Assembly (NCBI GenBank): GCA_030704615.1
Contig: CM060731.1
Location: 26,598,001 to 26,662,000 of the forward strand
Origin: Takakia lepidozioides
Lineage: Eukaryota > Plantae > Bryophyta
Direction: 5' to 3'
Length of the DNA stretch: 64,000 nucleotides
Within the stretch, counting starts at the first letter, position 1. The number at the start of each line of letters is the position of its first letter. Shown here one piece after another: positions 38,401 to 50,400 of the stretch. The notes under the pieces were generated by a model. It was given only the letters and a program-made list of their open reading frames with translations, was not told the DNA's origin and did no database searches. The translations under genes were made by a program, and so were the position numbers.

Positions 38401-41400
38401 GGGCGCGGGGTCAATGGCCACAAGGCTATGGCAAACAAAGTCTTATGAGTACATTCTCTCTCTCAAATCTGGAAATCACATACTACCTGCGTCAGCCCCT
38501 GACAAAGGTAGTTTCTGTCCCTTTGTGTTCCGCTCAAACTGAGCGCGGGGTCAACGGCCACAAGGCTACGGCAAACAACTTATGAGTACATTCTCTCAAA
38601 TCTGGAAAGCTGAACAGATTGTTTACATCACAGTACGCCCCACTACTGGACTGAGACCCTCACAAAGGCAGTGTCTGTTCCCTCTTCTTCTGCCCAACTG
38701 GGAAGGGGGTCTACGGCTACAAGTCTACAGCAAACAATGTCTTCTGAGTACATACTCTTCAATCCCTAGGAGAAATTTTCTTCTACAATCTTGGCTGTCT
38801 GTGGACGTTATACACTCCTAGGCGGCCCAATTACCTTTCGGCACCTTTATCTCCTTCCCTCCTGAGGGCATTGGGGCGGTTCAGGGTGGGCTCCCACAAT
38901 CTTCGGATAGATTGTACTCATAAGACGTTGTTTGCCGTAGCCTTGTGGCCATTGACCCCGCGCCCAGTTTGAGCGGGAACAAAAGGGACATAACCTACCT
39001 CTGTCAGGGGCTGACGTTGGTAGTAAGACTTACCTTCATATAAAGAATTAATCCGGGTTTTCCAGATATCCTCTAGAAATCCCTTCACACAAGCATCAAT
39101 CTGCTGTGTGTGATTTGCCCAAAAACTAGGCCCCAGGAGGGCCTGGGCTTTTGGCTCAGCCTCGAGACTTTCAAAGTTGGTAAACAGGGGTACAGGCACA
39201 ATTCCCTTGATAGAATTGAAGAGAGCGTCTCTTTGGTGAGAGAACCCCGGACAGTGTATCAGAAAATGAATACTGTCTTCAGATTGCCCACACAACGAGC
39301 AATTGCACTCTCCCTTTCCTCTCTGCTTCTGTTTGCTGTTCAAAGGTAGGCTTCCTGCCCTGAGTTTAAATTTCAGTCTAGTGCCGAGAGTGGGTAGACC
39401 CTTGAGGTCATCCAAGATGTCCTCCCCCATGTCACTGACTGGAAACAAGTTCAGGGAAGTTTTCTGCCGAACTTCATTTTCATCAGACAATCTCATGGCA
39501 ACAGACATGGCTTCGGACAATACAGCCTCTAAGTCAGATTTATCCAGCAGGGTCAAGACTTGCGGATCCAGGTCCAGTCCTTGAGAATCTCTTCTACTCT
39601 CTTCTGCCAGGACTTAGCCTGTTTGACAGGGCGGTCCTGTTTCCAAGATATAGAGTCGATTAACTTAGGATATCTGGTGTTGGGCATATGTTGCAGCTGA
39701 CCCCACCATCTGACCTTGAATTCATCTCGTCGGGAGCTTAAGGACGGAATGCCAAACTCACCCGAACAGCCACATTGGCTGTTTTGGAGCATGCTGACAT
39801 ACACTCCTTAAGCACCCCCACTTGAATGGATTCTAGAGACTTAGCCTGGTTGGAGTTATCAACCCATATAGCAGATCCGTACTCCAAGGCAGGTCTAATA
39901 ACGCGACAAAGCATGGTTTTCTTAACCTCAGAGTTGACCCCTCTGCAGTGGAAAAATTTAGTGAGCCCCAGAGCTTTGCCCTTGCCAGTTTGAACAACTT
40001 TCCGGATATGTGCATCCCAATTACAATTGGAGGAAAACTCAACGCCCAGGTAAGTGTAGGAAGGGAGGACCGGGATCTCTTGGCTACCCCACTGCCACTT
40101 AAGATCACTTCCTCCCTCTCCTCTGTCGTTGAATGCTACCACTGCACATTTGCTGACATTAGCCTCTAGCCCCCAAAGATCAAAGTATCTCTTCGCGCAA
40201 TCAATCAACTCCTGGAGATTGGTTGGAGTTTCCCCTATACCTGCGAAGTCATCCGCAAACATAAGGGCTGGTATGGTGGTATCACCCACCCTTAACCCAA
40301 ATCCCTCACTTTCCACATCCTCGAGGAGTTGATTGATAAAAACATTGAAGAGCAGAGGGGAGAGAGTACATCCTTGAGCTACACCTTGGTCTATGTCAAA
40401 GAAGTTGGACTTCTGTCCGTTAACAGTGACACAGCTTTTGGTGTGAGCATACAAGTTGTGGACAACTCTCCACATCTTTCCCTTGATCCCACAAGACCAG
40501 AGGCGGAACCATAGGCCATCTCTCCACACTGTGTCATAAGCCTTTTTGACATCCAGGAAAAAAACGTAAGTGGGTTTCCCTTCTTTTTTCCTTCCCTGGA
40601 TAATCTGGCTTAGAGTGAAGATATGATCCACACAGCCCCTGTTTCGCCGAAAGCCAGCTTGGCCTTCATGGAAACAACCTCTAGACTCCAGATCAACCTC
40701 GAGACGAGTACTTATAACTCTGCAGAATGTCTTGCCAACAGCATTGAGGAGCGTGATGCCACGGTAGTTCCCCGGTTCTTCTCTGTCACCCTTCTTGTAT
40801 AGATTGACAATAACCCCCTGTCGCCAGCGAAAGGGGATCATTTCAGTCTTCCAGATAAGGTTAAAGAGGAGAACTAGGGCCTCTATCATGGGATCGCCAC
40901 CGTGCTTGATAAGCTCGTTGACAATACCATCAGGTCCACCAGCTTTATATCCATTTAAATGTTCAATTGCTTCCACAATCTCAGAAGAACTAATGGGAGC
41001 GTTATAAGCCATTGAAATATACTCCAGTTCATCAGGGCTGTTTTGAATCATAATAACAGTTTTTCCAACTGTGTCCCTCCATTCAGCAGAAGACCCCTCA
41101 CTGTTAGACCTAGAAGTTCTGCCAAGGATACTGTAGTGATTTTCAAAGGTTTTGACAATGTCAACCGATGAAGTCACCACTGCACCTTTAGTAGTCTTCA
41201 GCGCTTGTACTTGCTGACTGTTTTTAGGCTTGTACAAACGTTGAAGGGCCAACCAGAATTTCTTGTCATTACCACCATGGTGGTTTGAGTTTATTTCACT
41301 GTATAACTTGTCCCAGTATAATTTCTTCTGAGACCTAACAAGCTGATTGATATCTTTACGGAGCTGGTAGTACCTCGCCCACAATTCTCTGTTGGTTTTC

Positions 41401-44400
41401 AAATTGCAGCACTCTTTATAAAGGGCTCGTCTCTCGGCTATCTTGAGTTTGATCTCATTGGTCCACCAATTAACAGCTCTACCGCAGACAATTAGTTTCC
41501 TCCCAATGATCTTGTCAGCCACGGAGGAAACGAAACTCTCCCAAGAGTCCACTGCTCTTTCGACTTCATTTCTTGCGTTGTCAGAGCGAGACTGAAGTTC
41601 TTGGAGCGATTGGACAAAATGAGGGAGAGCCTCTTGCAAGGCCCGGACGTACTCAGCCTTGACCTCCTCATTATGGAATTTTTCTATGCGCCACTTCCGA
41701 ATCGAACGTTTCACAGATCTCTTGGTGTTGGGAAAACACCGTTTGATCTCAGTCCAAACCAGGAAGTGGTCAGAGGTACCAATATCAGTTCTGTCGATCA
41801 ACACATTGGCACACTGGGGAAACAAATTTTTGTCCATTATGATATAGTCCACAATGGAACGTTCCCCAGTTTGGGATTTCTCACGAGTCCACTACACTTG
41901 GTCACCTCTTGTCCTGTTATTCAAGGTCAAAAGCTGAAGCTCTTCCAGACAGTTAATTAACCGTCTGCCATTAGAATTCAGCTCGTCCTCACCAAAAGGC
42001 CCAATGATATCGTCCTGATGGAGCCCTTTGCCCACCCGGGCATTGAAGTCACCCAATAGCACTACCTGACCTTTGGCAAGGAACGAAGCACAGTCCAGCT
42101 TTACATCTTCGAAGGCTTTGTCTGCGTCAGCACTAAGGGTCCCCTCTGTGGGCATGTAAACACAACCCACAAAGACGTCCTTTGTACTCATGCCGCCCTT
42201 CAGATTCAGTTTCAGCCAGATACTATGCTCGTACCTCAAACCCTTATTGATAATTTCACAATTATCAAACAAGAAATCACGGACAAAGAATCCAACCCCT
42301 TTTTGACCGCGTTTGGCAGAGGCTGCCTTGAGAGTACACATCCTACCTGCCCATTTATAACCATTGACATCTCCAACCAGTTTATCCGTCGTTTCCCATG
42401 TTTCTTGCCCAGCACAGATATGAATATCATTAGTCCGAAGGACTTGTCCCACTTCGAGTTGTTTCCTGTGGTTAGTAAGCCCTGAGAAGTTGAAAGTGGC
42501 CAGCCGCAAGCCAGCCCTTTGCATGTGAATTGTTTGTCGTCTAGGTAGCTTGTAATTGCTCCTGGACGGCCAACCGTTCTGCAAAGGGGGGACAGTTACC
42601 CCATGTGTAGATTTTGCTCGTCTTGTGTAAACTTTGAGAATTGGTAAACCATTCAGGGTACCAAATCCTTCAGTTACACGACGCACAGGCTCCGCACACT
42701 TAGGGGCATATTGTCCGTCAGACTGCTTGGGGACAATTACCCCGTGTATAGATTTTGCTCGTCTTGTGTAGACTTTGAGGATTGGTAAACCATTTAGAGT
42801 ACCAAGTCCTTCAGTTACACGACGTTCAGGCTCTGCACACTTAGGGACAGATTGTCCGTCTGACAGCTTGGGGGCAATTACCCCGTGTATAGAATTTGTT
42901 CATCTTGTGTAAACCTTGAGGATTGGTAAACCATTCAGAGTACCAAATCCTTCAGATTCAGGACGTTCAGGTTCTGTACACTTAGGGGCATCTTGTCCTT
43001 CAGGCTGTTTGGATTCAACCTCATCCAGAGCATCAAACCGATTAGAAACTCTCAAGTTGAAGTCCTTGCCCTTGGTTGTCTTCCTAGAGCGCCCCATTGA
43101 ATCACCAATGTCTAAGACCGCTCTCCAGCCAGTCAAGGGACGAACTTCTTTGAGATTGAATTGATGTGGGACTCTATTAGAAGCACTTTTGGTCATTGCA
43201 ACCTTCAACGTACCCCTGTTATCAAGTCTCGAGATGGAACCATTAGCCATGAAATCCAAGCCTAAGCTAGAGCATGTAGTTTTAAAGGACACATCGTCCA
43301 TCCTGGGATTCACCCCAAAAACTACACATGAAGCCCTAGATTTGGCATAAGTAACCAATTCCCAGGAATCACCCTGGGGAATCTTCGGATAGAGACTGGC
43401 AGATGGGAAAACCTGCAACGGGAGGACCGCCTACGTCCAGCTTGCACAGGGCGCAACCGGGAAATTGAAACTGAAGAACACTTCTTCTATTGCCCTCTAT
43501 ACTACGAGATCCGTGGGAGATTCCACTGTCTATTCCGCGGAACCCAATCTCTCACTGAAGTCTTCCACTATGAGGATCAGAAATGCTTGGCAGCTTACCT
43601 GCAGGAGGCCTTCACCCTTAGACAATCACTCGAGCAATAGTTTTATTTTTGGCTCTGGTTTTGTTTCCTCTCTTCCATTTTGTCCCATAAGCTCTATGAG
43701 CTCTCTGCGGACGTTACAAAGCACCATTTCATTTCATTTCATTTCTTTCCGCGGACGTTATAAAGCACCATTTCTTTTCATTTCTTTCATTTCATTTCAG
43801 CGGACGTTATAAACTTCCATTTCATTTCATTTCATTCAACACTCTTTCCCTCTTGTTCAGTCCAACCTGGGCATGGGGTCTTTGGCCACAAGCCTACACT
43901 CTATGAGATCCATGGGAGATTCTATTGTCTATTCTGAGATAGTCAATCTCTCACTACGAGGATCAGAACTGCTTAGTAGCATATTTGCATGAGGCATTGA
44001 CTCTTTAGACACTCCCTTCAGCAATAGTTGTTTTTGGGCTGCTTGTTCATGCTTTCTCTTGTCCCATACGCTCTTTGAGCTTTCTGCCGACATTCGTTTC
44101 ATTTCTTTAAAAACATTCAAAGTCCTTTGACCCTTTTGTAGAAAAGACAGCTCACTCTGTCAAATAAATTCAGGTTAGCTCATGAATGTACATACTCCCA
44201 TCAATTGAGCCATGGAATTGGCTACTAGCAATTATGAAGAATTATGACTTACATTGCTATCTGGAAGACGAGTAGCAACCACAGGAGAAGTCTCTGTAAG
44301 GCCGTACCCATTCAGCAATGTCACACCAATAGCCTGCCAACCCCATCTCCACTTATATCTTCCAGATGGTAACAAAGTTCATTATGGAGAAATGAAATGA

Positions 44401-47400
44401 AATGAAATGAAATGAAATGAAATGAAATGAAATGGAACTTCTTTAAACGTCCGCAGAAAGCTCAAAGAGCTTATGAAAGGGAATGAAATGAAATGGTACT
44501 TTATAACGTCCGTGGAAAGATCAAGGAGCTTATCGGACAAAAGGGAAAAAACAAGAAAGAAGAGACAAAACCACACCTAAAAGCAGCCCAAAAGCAACTC
44601 CTGCTCAAGGGATTGCCTAAGGGTCAAGGCCTCATGCAGATAAGCTGCCAAGCATTTCTGAGCCTCATAGTGGAAGACTTCAGTGAGAGATTTGGATTTG
44701 ACCACTTATGAACTGAATCAAAATAGATGACATATTGTCTCAACAATTGCATGATCACATCAAGATAATCATCTTCTCTTACAACTGACAGCTCAAAAAC
44801 AGATTCTCTTGGTATAGAGATGCTTGTGTAAAGAGATTTCTAGAGGATATCTGGAAAACTCGGATCAATTGTCTGTTCCAAGGTAAGTCATACTACCGGC
44901 GTCAGCCACTGACAAAGGTAGTTTCTGTCCCTTTGTGTTCCGCTCAAACTGGTCTGCATTGTCAGGGCGTTGCCAAGAGCACAGTGTTGATTATGCAAGC
45001 AGTAACTTGCCATCCCAGTTGCAATACAAACTACAACAACTCTCCTATTAATATTGTTGAAACTACAGAGAATTTTCACCTGAAAAAACTTGTCCACATA
45101 GGGAGGAAGACTTCCACCTCCGCTGATTGCTGCCTGCAACATCATTGAACCCAGTATGCTTGTTCTGAGAATCTTGCAAGGGGAGAAGCCATCACAGAGG
45201 TCCTGACCAGTGTTGGGCGGTTCTCTGGTTTTGGGTGAAAGAACCGCCGGTTCCGGACCTGGGTATATGCCCCCTTAACCTCGGGTATTAAAAGTTCAAA
45301 TACCCTAGTCAAGATTGAACCGGCGGATACCAAAATCTATTTACACGTGAACTTCACCGAACTGGGGGTTCTCTAATAGCTAGTATCCATAAAAACCTGA
45401 CCTACAAGTTGGAATGAGAGGGGAGGGTAAGGGTAACTGCACCCGACACATACCCTGGGTATAAGGGCGGTTATCTAAGGTTAGCGTGGAAGCCTTGAGG
45501 AAGAAGAAGGGTAGTGAAAATGCTAGAACTGAATGCCAACAGGCCAACAGTGCAATCTAGAGGAAGTTTAGTGTTAGTTGTGCTAGAAAATGAGCTTAAT
45601 TATTGACAATTGTGGCCATCTCATACATGCACATTTTTTTTTTATTCTGTCCATAATAACCGGGTCATCTCTCGGTTCTCTATACGGTTCTCTACCCATA
45701 TACCCGAGCACCGGATTTGGCGGATAATTGCATTAAAGAACCGGTATAAAACATACCGGTGAAAAATGTAACTCAGAGATATACCCTGCACCGCAGGTTC
45801 TCTAACTGTCCATGTTTTTAAGTACCCGGCCCAGAGGTTCTCTATTTACCTTCCACAAGATAGAACCTACCCTGCAGGTTCTACCCAGAACGAGAGAACC
45901 GCCCAACACTGGTCCTGACGACCAGTCTGGTACCCAATGGAAGGGCGGCAACAGCTGAAATCCCCCCCCCCCATTAATACAGGTATGCAGTAATCATGCT
46001 ACTAAACACAATTATATTTCCAACATCATACCTTTTTGATGCCGATGGCTTTTAAAATCTTGCTGTAGACAAGCTTCTGTGCTAACAAATGGAAGGGAAG
46101 CAACACCATTGCAGCAATGGTTGCAAACACCCACACCCTTGCAGCTGCCAATGCATTAGGGGGCTCTCTTGCTCTTGTCAGGTCCATTCCCTGCCCATTA
46201 AAGAACCTCCACAAATGATAAGTAGTACATGCAATTTCAGCATGCACCCTGTACAGTGACTTATCTGGAATCTACATGTGTATCTTAAAATTCTCTAAAA
46301 GAAGTTTTCTGAACAGCACAACCTAAAAGAAGATCTTCAAATAAGCCATTTTCTGGTGTTGTCAAACAGACCTGCTGTATGCAGCGATAATCCAAATACT
46401 TGAGACTGAGGCTCAAAAGGGTTTGTGCCACCCTCTTTTTAGTCTTTGACCCTGCTGCCAGCTGCTTTTGTACTCCACTGTAAGCCCCACCCACAGACTC
46501 AACTCTGATGCAAGCTGCTTGTCCTCATTTATGATGTTTGAGGCCCAGGATACCATCTATATCATTAACGATATCTTACTGATACGATCATGAAAGTTGA
46601 GAGAGATGGGACAGTGCCCCATACTTGTACCATGGTTCAGCATTTTGTAGACCTTACGATACACCGCCGTGATATATCTATCGTAGGAGTACCCTTGACA
46701 ACAAAAGGGACCCCTTGCTAAGACTTGTTTAGATAGTTTCAAAAGCATAAGAAAAAAGAGATGAAGAAGGAATGTTCATTAAGGCTATGCGAGGCCAGAA
46801 GTGGGGGTTACTATCTCTGAATAACTGTGAAATCCTCTCATCTCATGAAGGCTAGGACAAATCCCATCATTGGAAAACGGGGCACCTTTACTATGTTAAG
46901 ACATACAGTCGGGTAGTTCTGACGCCTTGTCCCACAAGCACCCAGCTAGCAGGAACGATCTTCCCACAGGTCTTGTCACACCAAAAGGGCAACCATCCAG
47001 TATGTAGCGTTTAACTCAGTGAACCCCTTTGTTGTAGCTGGGTTGACTGCATAGGATAACCTCTGATACTCCAGTACTGCCATAGAACCCTGACCACTGG
47101 GCAAATGTGTTGAAAACTTTACAACTTGCACAACAGCTTTCAGGGTTACTTGAAAAACTTCGAAGATGGTGGTACCTGTAGAGAATGTCAAACACGAGGG
47201 GAACAGCTACAAAGTAATCCGATGGATATTGGACCAAGTCCTCCTGTATACAAAAGTGGAACTAGAACCTCAGTAACCCTTTCACATGGTTTTCAATGAA
47301 TGTTAGCTGAGCAACAAACAGCCACAAGTTTATGACAAGGTCCAACCAGGCTGCTCAGATAGTTATTCTTAAAGTTCATATTGATCCACACACAGGTAGC

Positions 47401-50400
47401 AACTGACTTGAAGGACACATGCTACATAATCTACACACTAGGTAGATCATGTATACCTAATCTAAACAAAGCTGATGGGGACAATAGGCTTGATATATCC
47501 TCTCATCTCTCTTCATCATAGTGCTGACAATGTAGATATAAACCTCAATTTCTCTTTCCATATTCCAAGGTTCTTTGCTCCAGCAAACTGCATTTCACTT
47601 GATGGCTCAAAGAACTTATTAGGATGAAGTATGCACAGTGTGATTATTATTAGTGATTACGCAAGTTCTCCTAATAATCAAGGACACGCCCCATTGTACC
47701 TTCAAGCTCTTAACATTGGTGTACACTTGAGTCACTCCACGAGAGAGAGCAAAATACTCAACAGAGCGCTCATACATGTGCCAAGGAGGTAGCAGACTGA
47801 GAAATCGGTCACCAGGGACTGGTTGTACAACTGAACCCAAATGCACAATCTGTCCAAGCTCACACGGATCCCACCCAAACAGTCAGTCTAGATACATCTT
47901 TATAGTACAAAGATGATTCGTGTCAATAAAAGAAACTGGAGAATCACCAAACCTGATAAGATAGCAACCTGAAAGGCAGGTCAGAGCTCGACAGCGATAC
48001 AATCAGGAACTGTTTCGTCCTCTACTGTTACAAAAGAGGGTATGGAAAGGCTTGGTGGATGATGAAGAACCTGGTGGAGAAGATTGGCATGAGTGAGCAT
48101 AACAGCCTTGGGATTTCCGGTGGTGCCACTAGTGTACACCAACGTCGCCACATCATCGGCCTGTATTATGTCATACTGCACCCTTTCACCTGCCAAAATC
48201 AATTCAGAGAACTTAAACTGGGCTGGAAACTAGGAAGCTCAAAGATATCTGGTGCGAGTGATTCCTAGGGCTAAGGATTGCTAAGGAGGAGTTTCTGCAT
48301 TGTTTCCCTCCTTCGGCCACTTCCAAGATCTGAGATATGTATGCGAACAATTGGAATAACCTGCACAAAACAAATGATCTTGACCGCACAAGAGTGTGTG
48401 CATGTGCGTGAGGGGGACATACAGACAGAGGTAACATTTATGAGTGGGTAGCACTGGGGATTGGCTTTCATTTCTGACAAAGTATGCATGCCTGTTATAC
48501 CCTAAGTCAGAAACATGCCATAGTACAAGTTTTTTGATTCACACATTGTTTAAAAAGAAGGAAAAAATGAAATGAAATGGAACTATATAACCTCCGCAGA
48601 AAGCTCAAAGAGCTTATGGGACAAAACAAAAGCAAGAAACAAAAAAAAGAATAAAATACAAAGCGTGAAGCCAGAAGCAGCCCAAGAGCAACTACTGCTC
48701 AAGGAAAAAATGAAATGAAGTGAAATTGAACGTTATAACGTCTGCAGAAAGCTCAAAGAGCTTATGGGACAAAAGGAAAGCGAGAAACAACAAAGAATAA
48801 AAGACAAAGAGCGAAGCCAGAAGCAGCCCAAAAGCAACTACTGCTCAAGGGATTGTCTAAGGGTCGAAGCTTTGTGCAGAAAAGCTGCCAAGCATTTCTG
48901 ATCTTCATAATGGAAGACTTCAGTGAGAGATTGGGTGTCCCCGAATAGACAGTGAATCTCCCATGGATCTCATAGTAAAGAGGGCAGTAAAAAAAGAAGT
49001 GCTCTTCAGTTTCAATGCAACAGTTGGGCCCAGTGCAAGCTGGGCATAGGAGGTCTTCTCATTGCAAGTTTTCCATCTACCAGTCTCTATCCATAAATTG
49101 TAGGAGCCCACCCTGAATCGCCCAAAATGCCCTCGGAAGAGAGGGAGATAAAGGTGCAAATAAGTAATTAGGCCGCAAGATTCTATCATCACGGAGAACT
49201 AAGAATGTCTCTCAGTAGAAATGGAGTTTTTTTGTTAGAGTGGCCGGCTTCCATGTTCGCCAGACCCGAAGTTCCAGAGGTTCTCTTCTGATGAAAAAAG
49301 AAAGAAACCTCATAGCGTGCATGTGCCCAAGGGCCCAATAGACAGTTCAACACAAAGAATCACTCATATCAAAACAACCCAGATGTTGCCTGGAGACAAA
49401 AGGTACTAGACACTTCTGGTCCTCAAAGCTGAAGGTTCAGTCTCTAAATAGATAAGAATGCTGAGACAGGGAGAGAAGAACCTGAGCTGTTAACAGCAGC
49501 AAGAGCTTGCCGGCTTGTATGACCTGAAGCCAGAAGTTCGTCATAAACATAAATGGGGATTTCAGATGAAGAGTTGTCATTGCCACTATTGACCAGAGCA
49601 GCCTTGGAACCCCAAAGCATCACCACAAACTTCAGTTTGAGAAGGTCCTTAAGGTGAGGAGCTAGCTTGATGTACATATCCGGGTTGTCGACTACGAGTG
49701 CAACACTGCATAAAACATCCACCAAAGCTCTTTCATCAGCCTCCTCAACTGGGACGCATAACACAAGCCCACCAAGCCACAATACCCACGAATTCCTCTT
49801 GCTAAGGCACATGTACAAAATGAAAGAAGCGAAAGGATCCAAACCTATCAGAGTGGGTGATGATGTGAAGCAACTCCTCGGTTGACGACCTTGATCCTCT
49901 GACGGCATCCGTTGCTCCAGCCGCCATTATCCCTAATGGCAGTATAAGCTGAGTCATGTGCACTAAAGGTAAATAAAACCCTAAACATGGGAACCAATGC
50001 AGAAACCCAAGAGGTTTCACTAATCTTATTATTCTCCTTAAAGCTGGCAGCCATGCAATGGTCAAATTCTAATTTCACAGTAAGATGACCTTTGACTTTC
50101 AAGTAGTTCCCTCAATTCAAATCTTATTTGAGAACTGCAAGTCTACTCTCTGCACTCAATAATGTACACCAAAAAATTTATGAGTACATTTACCTTGATC
50201 AGCAATCAACCAACGGTGGGAGTTGTCAGCAAACAGAGATATGTTTTGGTCTGGAGTGACCCCATACACGCGTAGTCCCTCCGCAAAATCTAGAATGACT
50301 TGCTCTAACTGTGCCACTCAAGCACCCAACCAAACCTGCACCATTACTGCATGAAGAACCTTGTGTACTGACCCCCTAACATTGGCAGACTGTGTTTACA

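Noticed and set aside
43380-43418. Start of ORF 42900-43418 as the LINE ORF1 start
   Set aside because: It lies outside the TSD, in antisense family B sequence; the element is 5'-truncated at 43379.
48213-48437. Possible extra or alternative AAE exon
   Set aside because: Exons 5 and 6 join in phase without it, and its resemblance to exon 5 is weak.
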